Positions 12,946 to 26,469 of a stretch of DNA of 64,000 nt are shown one piece after another (the stretch's first letter is position 1; every line of letters begins with the position of its first letter). The position numbers and the translations under genes are program-made. Source of the DNA: Lama guanicoe. Lineage: Eukaryota. The notes beneath the pieces are model-generated. The model made no database searches and was not told where the DNA came from. It saw only the letters and a program-made list of their open reading frames with translations. Location: assembly GCA_013239625.1 (NCBI GenBank), contig MU054187.1, forward strand, positions 5,715,757 to 5,779,756, given 5' to 3'.

Positions 12946-13689
12946 CCTATTTTGCCAAGTTTAATGCAAAGAAAATCAGGGCAGATCTTGGTCAGAAATA
13001 CATGTAAGTAACTGAAGAAACGAATCAAATAACCTGGTGTTTAACCTCCTCATGCTCCCCCCAGGGACAGGGGCGGCTAAGCCATGAAACTGGAATTCTT
13101 AGTCGTGTCTCCAGGACCCGCATGCTGACCCGAGCCCTATTTGGAGTATGTTTCTGTGCACAGGCCGGCGTCTGTGCTGAAATGAAGCCCCGTGGGGGAA
13201 GCTGATTTGCCACATCCCCACTGCTACAACCCCAGCGCCTAGAACAGCGCCGGATACGCAAAGGCGCGCGTGAATATTTGTTGACTAAATGGACACCAGT
13301 GGCCGTGGGGCTTTTATTCCTTTCCTGTTAGTATAAGCGCAATTCACTTGGAGCAACGGCGCCTTAAAGCAGAAAACCAAGGTTCATCTCAGAACTGACG
13401 GCTTCCCTAGAGAACACGAGGACCTTAGCGCAGCGCTCACGGCCTTGCCTCCCTCAGCTCAAAGGCAGCGGAGTCGCTCCAAGTGCTTCACCTGCCGTCG
13501 CAAGAAACGACCTCCCGGAAGTAGCGTGTGCAGCTCCCTTTCACCCACATCATCTCACTCCACCATCACAGCGGACCTTTTAGGGGAAAAGCGTTGGCAT
13601 TCCAGTTCTGCCAATGAATAACCAAAATACTCTTGTCAGGACTCCAATTGGTCTAAACAAAATGAAGCCAAAAAAAAAGAGCTTGAAAA

Positions 13690-14190
13690 TTCTCCTCTGC
13701 ACTTCTAAGTCCTTTTAGCCGAGCTAATCATTAAATTGACATGAGACAGATCAACAGGAGAAAAGCAACTGTAATCACATGCACATAGCGGGGTCACACA
13801 AACACTGAAGGGGTCAAAGGCAGGCAGGCAGTTGAGGCTTATGTGCCGTCCTGAGCTCAGGAGGAGGTGGCAGAGGTCTGGGACTTGGAAGAGAAGGAAG
13901 ATAATTCACAGGAAGCAGGGAAGAGAGAACGTCTGGTAAACAAACGTTCACCTCCGTCCACAGAGACAATAGGACACAGAGAGGGCTCTGATGCCCGGAC
14001 CCTGCCAGCTGCCCCCAGCTCACCACACCTACCCACACTCTTTGTAGGGGTCTCTGGGGATGGTTCTCTTCTTAGACCAGGCCCTCCCTCTCAATTCTCT
14101 TAGGTAGTTAAGGGAGAGGTCAAAAGCTCTTCCTGAGTCTTTTGGGCCTTAATGGACTTCAGCTCAAAATACTCCACATCCTGTGGGTGC
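13690..14190. mobile_element. Probable solo LTR (ERV1/MER41-like class); family uncertain
   Basis: AAATTGACATGAGACAGATCAACAGGAGAAAAG...TAAACAAACGTT...CTTCAGCTCAAAATA resemble motifs recalled from MER41-group LTRs. The ~500-bp length fits a solo LTR. Confidence 0.45.
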
Positions 14191-15103
14191 CTTCCACACT
14201 GATCACCGTGGCCATCAGGGCTGAGGGTGTGGCCCGCCCTGTCAGTCACCTCACAGAGGAGGTAAGACCTTGGCAGCCTTGTTAGGTGAGAGAGTGGTAG
14301 CTCTTGAAAGAAAGTGCTGAGCAGACGAAATGTGATCAGCGTCGTGTCCACAAGATCAAAAGAACTAAGTTAAACCCACAAAATTCCATAATCCCTACGA
14401 GGCTGAGCAAAGGCGTGAAGAGGATTTACTGGCCAAATCAACTTGTGTCTGCGTTCAAAGCCCCAAACCCATGCCCTTTTCACTACATGTGCAGTCTCCC
14501 ATTTTTGGAGCCAAATACTAAACTTCCTTCAAATTCACAAAATGAATAGGCTTCAATGTGTAGAACTGACATAGAAAAACTGAAACGTAAAGTGGTAATT
14601 CTTAGAAGAACGACGCTACGTGATACTGCTCTACTGTCCAATGCAGTTTTACTACTCTCGGTTGTGAGGATTTGCTAACTGATCCCTGCTAATGCTTTGA
14701 AAATGAAGCACACTCAGCCCCCAGCATCAGAGGTAGTTCAGCTCAATGAGCATGAAGGAACAGGCTCCCTAAAGGGCCGAGGAACAGGGCCGTTAGGCTG
14801 CCACTGTTCCTGTCCGCGTCTTCCATCTATTGTGTTTTCGCTCCTCTCTTTTTCTCAGATTCTATCGTAAGAGCGCTTGATTTGAATGAAGGGGAAAACG
14901 GGTGATGAGTGTCTGTTAAACGTTTTTAAAAATCTGTTTTATCTTTTAAAAATCGAAATGATTTTTATTTTCCCTTCAAAGTGGAAAAGAGACAGAAAGA
15001 AACCTGAAAAGTACCAAGCACAGAGGGAGACATCTGCATTTATGCCCTGACACTAAGGTATTTTTCTAGTGTCAACAAGTGGGGAGCTCTATTTTAAATG
15101 CTG

Positions 15104-15243
15104 TGAGAGAGGGTAGAGCTCGGCGGTAGAGCGCGTGCTCAGCAAGCATGAGGTCCTGGGTTCAATCTCCAGTCCCTCCATTTAAATAAATAAATAAAAT
15201 AAAAATCTAATTACCTCCCCCTTCCCACTAAAAAAAAAATGTA
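15104..15243 (+). mobile_element. tRNA-Ala-derived camelid SINE (Vic-1-like) with TSD
   Basis: GAGGGTAGAGCTCGGCGGTAGAGCGCGTGCTCAGCAAGCATGAGGTCCTGGGTTCAATCTCCAG...CTAATTACCTCCCCC plus an A tail. TSD TAAATGCTG at 15095-15103 and 15244-15252. Confidence 0.85.
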
Positions 15244-18200
15244 TAAATGCTGCCAGCGTCTGCCTGAGCGCCATCATTCCATTCTGCTCCACTACAAAGA
15301 GAAAAGAAGTTACAGACACTCTTCCTTCATAATCTAGGATTCCTGGGGAAAGACTGAGGCATCCTGTCTGGCTTGAAGGTAAAATGCGTGACTTTCACTA
15401 ACTTTAACTGGAGCGCTTTGTGCTGAAAGAACAGATTCCGCGTCTTTAAATGCTTGAGTGATGATTCACACAAAGCTGGAAAAAGCCCTTTTGTCTTATG
15501 CAGCTATGCCCACTACGGCAGCACCAGGATGACGCATCACAGAAGGCTGTCCTTTTAAGACAGGTTACCCACCCACAGTCATTTCAGAAGGCTCGTGCAG
15601 AAGAAGATGTCACTGCAGCGATGCAGGGTACCAGGCAGGATCCATCGCTCCAGCACCAAGGGAGAAGGCTTCCGGGCAGCCCACTTGTCAGGCCACTGGA
15701 AACAGAATGACTCAGCTAATCGAAAAATGGCTTAAGGCTCTCCGTTTCTCTGGTAGGTTTAAGGTAAAAGAAAAATACTAGCACTGTTTTTGTATTTGCA
15801 AAGGCTGAAGAAAACCCACCAACATGTGGACACCACAAACTCATCCTGGGCATTTTTTTTTTCCCTGTATTTACCATGTAAACAGAAGGACACTTTTTTT
15901 TTTATGTTCACGTCTGAGTAAGAAAAAAGTATAACTTTATAACCTTTTAAGTAATAATTATGGAATAGGAAGAGACATAATGGTTTCTTAAAGATCCAGT
16001 ACATCATATCAACTAGTGTCTCCATGTAATGTTTGTGAGTTGCTAAGATACGAAGAGAAGAAATGACTGAAATCAATTCTAAAGACAAATCCTCATCAAA
16101 ATGCGAAATCGCACCAGCTTCCGTGAAATGAAAAGTCTCTCGGGTGGCCCAGAGCAGGGAGACTAAATCAATCTTTAAAGGAATACAAGTATTCAAAAGG
16201 AGGACTGTTTGCAAACAGAAATGGGCGTTAGAAAACGCTGACGCTGACGAGGTAAGGCACGGCCCAGGGCCAGAGCCCCGGCTGGGCTTCCCCGCTCTCC
16301 CAGCTCTGCCCTGAGTCTCCCCAGGCACAGGTACCCCCAGCTCTGCATGCGTGGGCCGAGCAACACAGAGCACATCTCAGCGTGGCCTCGCAGATGTCCT
16401 TCTAGATCTGTCTTATGCTGCACGGACCAGACGTGGCGGACCTGGAGGGAAACAGAGCCCGGCAGGATTCCCGGATGCCGAGGCCGCACTGCAGGCCCTG
16501 GGTGCGTCAGAGCTGACCCAGGCATCCTCTCAGAAAACGCGAACAGGCTCAGGAGCTGCAGGGACAACCACCCGCCCGTCAGTTTTTATCAAGAAGACAC
16601 GCCCAGCGGGAGTGCAGGGCCCCGGAACAGCTGCGTCGTCCGCACGTTCGAAAGAAAGAGATGTGCCTTTGGGATAACGTTAAAAACCAAGATGTTACTG
16701 GTGGTTTTCCAGGTCACAGATACGTTTACTGTGAAAACCTGGATTCAGCGACGACTGCTGAGAAAAGATGGGGAGTCGGGGGGTGCCTGCAGGTTAGAGT
16801 CAACACTTCAAAGAAGAAAAGTAAACGTGTATTTAGGTGTTAATGAGGTTTGCCTGTGTCTGGTAATAAGTTCAGAATCCTTTGTCTCACTGGGAAGTCT
16901 GTCAGCCCTTCGAGGGGCTTCAGTGCCACCTGGGAGGATCTGATATGAGCACAATAGAGTTCTTTTAAGGACAATTTACCAGCAAGACATTTAAAGAGAG
17001 AGAGAGCTAGTTTGTATTTCTCAGAGCCTGAGGAGTAATGCACAAAAAGTGCAAATGACTCTCCCCAGATAGGAAGCTGGGAGCAGCACCTGGCTCACGT
17101 CTGGGCTCATCTATTTGTAGATGAGGAGGAGAAAGCCTGAGATGAAGGAGTCGAGGCAGCCTCGGACACCAGCTCTCAAGCACAGAGCAGGCACCTGTCT
17201 TGACTCGTCTGCTTCTCTGTTTCACTTCTCGCCCTGATCTTGCCCCACTTGCTCACACCTCTGGACGGCAGGCTTGCCGGCCCCAAGCCAGTCCACCATG
17301 AGTAACACGGGGCACTAATCTCCCCAAAGCACCAATGTCACGTTCAACACTGCCCTGGGTCGTCGCTGCCTCTAGTTGAGGGCAATCGTTGTGCATCATT
17401 TGTCTTCCAGTCTCTCCAGGGTCTGTCTCAGAGCCTGCTACTCAAGGGCTCAGACAGACCCATCCTCTCCTACAAATAAAGGTCACATTTCGTAACCTCG
17501 CCCTCAGTGTGCTCAGTCCACTTCCTTCATCCCACCTTTTATCGTCGCATCTCTCCACTCTCATGTGTATATTCTGACTCAGCACCAACTTTGTAGTCAC
17601 CGGCCTGCTCCACTGTCCTCACACCTCCTCTCCTGCTGCTCTGCATCCCTGGACCCCTTCTCCTCTTTTAAGTCCTGCTTCTCCAGCTTTTAAGTCCTGT
17701 GCCACCTTCTCCATGAAACACTCGGGGTGCACTTTTTTCCTTTTTCAACATGTAATTTGTGCCACTAATATGGGTTTTAGAAGATGCTCTGAATTATAAA
17801 TAGGAGTGTTTGGGAAAGAATTGAGTTTTCTTAGCACCAGCACACTAACTGACACACAGTAGGAACTCAGTAAATGTGTGCTGAATAAACAGATGACGGA
17901 CTTGCACCATGTCCCCCGCGCTGCCAAGGGAGAAATGTCTGACGTTCACAGCCATGTTTAATTTACAGCAATAGCAGCTGTAGAAGGAAGAAGAGAAGCA
18001 AGTCATGAGAGTTTTCAATGTTTGCTGTTTTCTCATATCACTATTAAAGGTTAGAGAAAAGCCACCCCCTGGTGTTGACTGGAGAGGGAAAGGCTGTAAC
18101 TGGATGTCACCACTCCCAATCATCTTGGGTATGAAATGAGATCTGGGGAGATCGGTATAGCCCTGGGATGCTGAGAGGCTGAACACAGAAGCACGGACAC

Positions 18201-21039
18201 TGCAAAGTCTCCAGGACGAGCGCGGAATGGGCTGGCAAGCTGGGGTCGCCAGGCAGCCTGCACACTTAATGCCTGTCAGCCCCGCCAGGGCAGGGACTGC
18301 TTCTGCACCGTTCGTCAGTGCACCGCTATCTCCAAGCACAGTGCCTGGGGTTTTTTTAAGTTCTCAATAAACAGCTGTCAGATGAGTGATTGCATGCTTT
18401 CAGAAACAACTAAAATACAACTATACAGTGAGAGAGCTTGTTTTGTACATTAGGCATTCCTATAAGTGAGGGAGCAATTATAGCAAACCCTCGTTCAGAG
18501 AGTCCCATGAGTGTTAAAGTAATATAAACAAACATCTTAAGATTTAAGTATTAAGAATAAAGAGAAAGAAACAGGCCTCTTGTCTCCTCAGAGGGGCTTG
18601 AGAACAGAGCAACACAAGGCTGGAGCCCAAGGGTCACAACTGCATTGAGAAGCAATAGGTCTAATCAACGTCGCCATGTTTTCAAATACGGGGTTTTGCG
18701 CAAAGACTAACAGTCACGATGGTCCTGCCTACAGGAGACGCCCTGCTCCTCGGAGTCCACTGCTCATCCTGCTGCTTGCACACCTGAGTGCCACTTAAGG
18801 CATTTCTCACACTTACAGAAATGAGAAAAGCACCTCCTGGGCGCTCTAGAAGCGTTAATCCCTCTTCCTAGGAAGACCCCTTTACCCACAGGAAGAACTG
18901 TATTCACAGTTCTTTTCTGTGGGTTTAGAAAATAAAGATCTGCAGAATTACAGGTTTTTCTTACCTGGTTCCTGTTCTTCCCAAACTGCTTCACGCCTCT
19001 GGTTCTGTGTCAAGGCTGAGTTTGGCGGTGGTAGTTACCGAACCTCCAAGCAGAGGGAGTTCCTCATAAAAAACTTCACTAGGCATGCGTGCCAATTTTT
19101 TAATAGGGCCCCCCGTGTATTTATTAAACTCTTAAAACTATGTCACACTGAAGATAATTTCTAAGTACGAGTAGGAAAAAAGGGAAAAGAAATCATGTAT
19201 ATTATAATGGTTTTTTGGTATTAAGTTTATTTCATTCAAATGAGATTTGCTCAAAACAGCATTTGTTAGGAGATGTACGTAATATGACTGAAATTTCAAG
19301 GAGTTAATTTTCATCCCAGCCTTGTGCTATAATAACACTGTAGATTTCCTTTATGTCATAAAGAAGCATCTTTCTATTATGAAAGATAAAATGTTTTTTC
19401 ACGCAATGTATAGACTTTAATATGCATTTTTTTAAAAACCCCTCTGGGCCAGATTCTAATATAATTTCACATGGAAATTCCTATTGAGGTTGACTGAATT
19501 CCAATATAATTTGAAAGCAATTAAAGTTTATCAAAGGAATAGTGCAGTAGAGTTGTCCTGGAAATGAATCAGGCCCAAAAGGGAGTTAAATAAAAAAAAG
19601 TATATCCAGGTCTGTGGAGCAGCTCTAAGAATAATTTCTTAACTTTTGTTGACTCACTAAAACCAGTGTTCCACTGGAGGGCAGGAGGTGTAAAGAGCAT
19701 TACAAGCCGGTAGTTTATGCAGATTCAATGACATTTCAGAAATTGAAAAATGTTTCTTAAAACTGAATAGGGTCATTCCCGAAGGGCACTCCCCTACAAT
19801 CCCAGGCATATGGCTTCTCGCATAATTCAGTGAAGTGTAATCTAAGTCTGATACAACACAAAAGTTCCAATTTAAGATTCTTTCTTCTGTGTTGTTTTTA
19901 ATCTTTCTTAAAAAAAAAAAAAAAAGGCTGATGGGTGGCTACCTCAGTGAGTGCCGGTGAAGAGTTTCACACAGAAGTAGCGCAGGAGACAACACAGGAA
20001 AGGAACAGAGGGAAAAGGACACATCCTTAGAGGCTGCATTACATCATCGGCGTGCAAGGCCTCCTCTTGCACCTGACACTCTATACTACGACCCAAGATA
20101 ATATTCCGTATTACACAAATGCAGGTTGCCATTTGCTGTGTCCGTACTTGCTGTATGAATGTGTTCCTACAGAACAGGATGGATTCTAAAACTGACGTCT
20201 ACTGCATGTCGATCTTTGGGCCTGCCGTCCTGGGGTTCAGTTTGTACAAGTCAGACTTAAAAAATCATTGATCAGCACATACTAAGTAACTGCTTTTCAT
20301 TAATTAGCTAAGTAGAGAGATTAAAAGGAGAAAATTTCTGAATAATTAACTCAATAAGTTAATGATTATTATTGCTATGTCAACCTCATGCTCATTTTAA
20401 GAAACTTTAAGTTACCCAAAAGCATGAGTCTGCCCTCAATCACAATGGTGATATCTGACACACAGTTTGGAAAAAAATAAAAATAAAACAGCTTACACAA
20501 GTGAAAATTCCAAAGGGAAACTGATAGCTTGACATTTTGAGAAATGTACCATCTTAGATGATAAAGAATTACACCCAGAATGGCCATGTGAGGAACTCCA
20601 TGACCTGTTGCCCAGCAAAACCACCTTACCTGATAGAATGAAAAAGGAAGAAGAAATTTAAAGTGTCTGGAAATCTTCCTAAGGACATACAGCAAATGGA
20701 GAAAAATCTATTCAAGAAAATCTCCTAAACCTCAGTGATCTGGAACTTGAGCCATAAATGCACTATCTCCCTCCCCCTACTCCAGCTCAGCATGATTAAA
20801 TATTCACTCTAAGTGGGTACGGCCAGGAAGATGGGGCTCCCTCTTCCCTCAACTCCCCATTAAGGGATACCAAAAAGGCCTGCCCAGGCTAAATTCCAAG
20901 AGCTTATAAGCCCCCTGCATCCACTCAGTCCCTACTGACAGAGCAGAGATTCTGCACCAGGGGCAGCAGGCTGAAAATGCTGAAGCTTATCATCTTTGCC
21001 CTGGCTCATCCATTGGGTGGAAGTTTCACCCTGGGAGAA

Positions 21040-22495
21040 GCAAGCCATAGACAGACTATTAGATAAAGTAACAATTATAGCGATATACTGTTGGGTTTGC
21101 AGCATATCTAGATGCACGATGTAGAACAATAATGGTGCAAAAAGGGAGAAGAGGAATAGAGAAATATAGGAGCAACACTTTTAATATCTCACTGTAATTC
21201 AGTTAATATAAATCTGAAGTAGATTCTGCTGAATTAACATGTATACGGTAAGTCCTAGAACAACCACTAAGAAAACAAACTCCAAAGAAAGTTTTTTTAA
21301 AAAAAAAATCATTAAAACAACTGAAAGAGTACACTGGAAAAGAACAGCAGGGAAAAAAAAAGACCTAGTACACTGGAAAATAGTCCCTTAATATAAAGGA
21401 AGGACAGGTTAACAACAACAAAAAATGACATGAGACAGGTAGAAAGCAAAAAGCAGAATGGCAGACATACACCCAACTATGTCAACATTAACATCAAATG
21501 TGAATGGGTTAAACAGTCCAATCAAAAGACAGAGACTGTCAGGCTGGATGGAAAAACAAGCTCCAACTAGAAGCTGTTTACAGGCGACAAACTTTAGATT
21601 CGAAAATCAAACAGACTGAAAGCAAAAAGATGGAAAAAGATATACCATGCAAACAGCAGCCATAAGGAAGCTGGAGCAGCTCTAATAATGTCATACAAAG
21701 TACACAGTGTTTAAATAAATAAAGCAAAAATGTTGCTAGAGATAGAGAGAGACATTTTATAAAGATAAAAGGATAACTCCATCAGATATACATGTAAGAA
21801 CAGAGCCCCAAGATACAGGAAGAAAAACTGACAAAACTGAAGCAAGAAACAGATAATTCAACAATAATCGCTGGAGACTTCACGATCCCATTTTCAGTTA
21901 ACAGATAGAAATAGGCAGCTCAGAGAGCCCTAACAGAACACACCACCACCAGCAGCACAATACACATTCTTCTTAAGTACACATGGAACATTCTCCAGGA
22001 TAAACCATATGCTAGACCACAAAACACAACTCAATAAATTGAAATCCCACAAAGTATGTTATGACAGAAATTATGAATCAATAACAAAGATTTGGGAATT
22101 CATAAATACGTGGAAATTAAGCAACAACACACTTCTAAAACACCATTGGGTCAAAGAAGAAATCACAGAGCAAATTAGAAAATACTCTGAGATGAAATAA
22201 AACAAAAACATAACAAACAAAACTTATAGGATGCAGCTAAAGCAATGCTTAGAGGAAAATTTATAACTATAAATGCCTTTATTTAAAAAGTTCAAACCAA
22301 TAGCGTAAACTTCCACCTTAAGATACTGGAAAAAGTACAAAATAAATCCAAAACAAGCAGAAGGAAGGAAATAATAAAGATTATATAGAAACACAGTAGA
22401 GAAAACCAACAGAATCAAATGTTGGTTCCTTGAGAGAATAAACAAAATCAGCAAGTCTTTTAGCCAAACTGACCAACAAAAAGGCTCAAATTATC
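21040..22495 (+). mobile_element. Old L1 internal fragment covering the start of ORF2 (endonuclease region), decayed
   Basis: AAATGTGAATGGGTTAAACAGTCCAATCAAAAGACAGAGA (NVNGLNSPIKRQR), AAAAAGATATACCATGCAAAC (KKIYHAN), GCTGGAGACTTC (AGDF) and CATGGAACATTCTCCAGGATAAACCATATG (HGTFSRINHM). Multiple stops and frameshifts. Confidence 0.9.
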
Positions 22496-23599
22496 TTAAC
22501 TAACAAACTAACAAATCAGTATTACTTTACACACCATCAGCTACATTAATTACCATGAATTGGGGTGCTTATATATGTGTTAACTATGTGATAAAAAACC
22601 CATTTGCCTTTTTTTTCCCCTATGTTAAATAAACAAAATCCACCCTAAATTAAATTTTAAGATCTGTGAAATTTGTCCCGTATCCCTAGTTAACCCCCTA
22701 CACACATTTTGCCTTTGGGGAGGCTCCTTCCTTAATTGATGGGCCCATCACATACCTTCAACTTTTCTTTCCCACGCCACCATCAGAACTGCATAGACTT
22801 GTGATCAGTCATTTGCGCTTCTGCTGATTGGCAAATTACTCTTTCAACTTCATTCCTACAAAACCATGACTACAACTAGCATTCATAGTCTGAGTCTCGG
22901 GTACCTATTTTGGGGATGAAGGGGTTTCCCAAAATTAAAGGCTGAGATCCACACAGTCCCACCCATGGAGACCCACAAGCTGAACCAAGTAGTTCATTTG
23001 TCTTTTGATTCAGAAAATATACAGTAAATAAACTTGATGGCTTCAATTAAAAATATATATATTTTGGAAGGGAAACATGAGCTACTAGATACTACCCTGA
23101 AAGCCATTTGAATTAGTTTTGGTGTTACTTTGGTTTATTTTGTATTTTTCAGGGACGACTTGTTGGAGACTGCAGGAACCACCACAAGCTGAGTCTAAAA
23201 GAGTCCCTGGCTATTCAGGACCAACCTTTCAGGGGTGAAGAATGTGGGCGCCTGGTACTGCTCACTTCCAGGGCCTGAGTTCAGGGTCTACCAGAGGGGC
23301 GCCAGCCACCCACAGCCTCTCACCCGTGGGGATACAACTGCAGCCAATGTGGGCAAGTGTGGTATCAAGTTAAGTAAGATATGTGTTTAAATACGTCAAG
23401 TTTTTGCAGTCATTTCCTCATTTTTGTGTACAAGAAACTACAGAAAAGAGGAACCCAGGGCTGCCTTTGCCTCTCAGAGGCTCTGCCTGAAGCCACCCTA
23501 AGGTGGTCCAGGGCTGTGACGCGTCCTGACCCTGCATCAGCCTCCGCTTCCTCTCTCTCCCCGCCCAAGGCTCACCACGAGCCTTCTCTGCTTCCACTT

Positions 23600-24814
23600 T
23601 CAGCGATTCTTGGTGTGATGTTTATTTGTATTTAACGCTTTCGTTACTACAACCTCTACCCAAGACGTCCAAAATCTCTCCACACACACTTACTCCATCT
23701 GTATTATTTCTAACTTAGATATTTTGCATCACAAAACCCCTCCAAAGGGGTCTATGGTATTAAAGTCATCAGTTTTACACCAATAATTATAACAACAACA
23801 AACAACATTTATTAAGTACGTGTCGTGCGCCCGGCCCTCTACTGCTTTACATAAATCATCTCATTCTGTCACATTCAACCGCATCTAAGCATACGCTTAA
23901 ATTTGCCAGTTGCACTTAAATTAATTAAAATACGGATATTGTTGGTCATCTGCAAAAGAAACGTCTCAATATGCTGAAGTGGAATTTATAGAATAATATA
24001 TTCTAAAGTCTTACAAAATGTACAACACTAAATTATGATAGAAGACCATGAAATTTCTGTTTCTATCATGGAAAATAAAGCTATAAAATAAAAAATAAAG
24101 TATCCACTTTCGTTTTACCCTATTTGCTTCCTATACCTTTCTCAAATTCCTAGAAATGACAGCTTCTAATACATCAAATAAATATGATTAGATTCATATA
24201 TTCAATTAAATCCCTTAACTAAGAAAGTAATATATAAAAGTGAGTATTATGTTCTTGCATGAACTCCCATATTGTGTTCTATAACAGATCACCCTGACAT
24301 TAATCATGGAATGAGGGTTGAAAAGTAACATGACTTTTACTAACCCTTAACATTCCATTGTGAAGCTGTATGCTGTTCTTGATCAAAACTCTCACTTTAT
24401 TATCGAGAATTACATTATTCTCCAAATGAGTGAACTTTCTGTTGGGGACAGCAAATGAAGGACTGCTAACGCTGGAAATGTATTTTTCCGGTCTCAGTAT
24501 TAATACACGATATACATTCATATTAATAATAACTCTGAGAACTAGTTTCACTTCTTCTACACATAAGCAATGAACAGTCTGTGCAGAAATATGGCTATTA
24601 GCAGCAGTGACGTGTATATAATAACATGGGGTTTCCTTTGAATGTACAGCCATTTCTAGTATTTCATAAGAGCACATGTACAGGCAGCTGTCACAGATGT
24701 CCATCAGAGCTGGATTAGATGAAGGCAGACAACGCAGGCTTCGAGGATAAACCGAAGCTGTAGCTCAGATTTCCGCCTCTCATCCAAGGGCGCTATAGGA
24801 CCACTGTCTTCCTC
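23600..24814 (-). other. CA8: CA8 terminal non-coding exon (exon 9, 3'UTR); the 3' end is uncertain
   Basis: Acceptor ...tcttttttgcctaaag|GAGGAAGACAGTGGTCCTATAGCGCCCTTGGAT... The following ~500 nt resemble the recalled human CA8 3'UTR. Minus-strand AATAAA candidates are at 24396-24401, 23808-23813, 23621-23626 and 23134-23139. Confidence 0.75.
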
Positions 24815-25959
24815 CTTTAGGCAAAAAAGAAGGAACTGATTATGCACTGGCATTTCTCCCCAGCTGACTGAGACGTCTTCTTACCATCCAACAAGAGACA
24901 GTAGAAACTAGAAATTTCATAAGAAAATGTGGAAATTTCAAAAATATCTCCATCCTCAAGTTTGTCATCGTTGCAATTCTCCCACAAAGTCTACCATAGT
25001 GGTATTTCTACGGCAGAATCTATTAGCTCAAAATTTTACCAAAACACGTATTTCTCAACCAAAAACAGAAGTGAATGCCTGAACTGTTTTCTAAACAAAA
25101 ATTTTACATGTCATGCACAACAATAAAGTTTTTAATTACTGCCATTAATTTCATGTGTAACAACTGCAAATTTCATGTGTGCAAAAGACTTCTTCCAAGT
25201 GCCCGAATAACTTTATAATTGTATTAAATTAATGAAGAAATAATAAATACAGAATAACGCAAGGACCAATGGTACTTTCTAAGGTAATGAATAATCTTTC
25301 CATTCAGCTAGGATTTTAGTTCAATATATCTACTCATGGTGCCAGAGATGGCACTGGGGAAACCGACACTTTCATACAGTTGCTAAACATAAACCAGTCC
25401 AATCTTTTGGGCAAAAAAAAAAAAAGAAAAAATCTAATAAAATTCAGAATGCATATACTTTTGACCCAGAATTATACTTCTTGGACTTATGATAGAGATA
25501 CAGTCATCTAATCATGCAAAGATCCTATGTGCAAGGATATTCACTACAAGAAAAGGCTGGAAAAAACTAAATTTACTTCCTTAATAAATTATGATACAAA
25601 GGAATACTTTTAAATTGTTCCTACATGGTGTACGTATGGATTTACTTGTACACATGGAAATACACGTGTCCACACACGTATGCATATGTTCATATAAATA
25701 TGTATACTTTCTGGAACAATTTATTAGAGAACATGAATAATGCTGGGATACATATTTCCAAATTAATTTCAAATAAGAGTGAGTCATGACCAAATCTTTA
25801 AGATTATGCCTCAAAGAAATTATTTCAAAGGTAGAACAGAACCTTGTTTATGTATGTATTTGACAACTACAACACAACAAGTTATAAATCAAAAGGATCA
25901 ATGTAAAACTGACTGATGATGCCTGACCCTGTTCACTGCAAGGTACCAGGTTCAACTGA

Positions 25960-26165
25960 TCATGGTCTAGGGTGTGGATGTGCAACCAGGAAGACTCAAG
26001 TTCAAATCCTAGCTCTGCCACCAAACTCCTGTAAGATTTTAAGCAATCTGCTGATCCCTTCGGAGCCTCAGATAACAGTACCTCCTTTGTAGGGTTTGTG
26101 TGAGAATGGAATATGGCGACAGTTATAATGTGACAACAGTGCCTCCCAGGCACATAACTGAGCTC
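25960..26165 (+). mobile_element. MIR SINE
   Basis: AGTTCAAATCCTAGCTCTGCCAC...GAGCCTCAG...ATAACAGTACCTCC...AGGGTTTGTGTGAGAAT is the MIR core. Confidence 0.75.
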
Positions 26166-26469
26166 CTAGTGACAATTTGACTTTACAGATACCTCACTAG
26201 CTGAAAACTGAACTATAGCACGGCCTATTATTTTCCATATCAAGTATTTGAAATTTACTTTACAGCATATCAGAGAACGTTTTCATGAGATGGAAACATA
26301 CTGGATTCCACCTGCACTGTGTTTCCAAAGCTCAACACAACATCTGGCCTCAAGCAAACACTCCAAGGAAACGCATGTGTGTACGTGTGTGTGTGTGCAC
26401 ACAATATATGCATACAAACACTGAGAAGTGTAACAAAATGACGGTAGCAATTGCTCCTATTTGATTTAA

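Noticed and set aside
15759..16943. Long overlapping ORFs (204 aa minus, 198 aa plus, 124 aa, 108 aa)
   Set aside because: No recognisable domain, and frames are open on both strands over a GC-rich patch where stops are rare. They are best explained as chance ORFs.
21328..21380. 14-bp direct repeat AGTACACTGGAAAA flanking 25 bp
   Set aside because: This is a small local duplication or micro-insertion within a decayed L1, with no sign of function.
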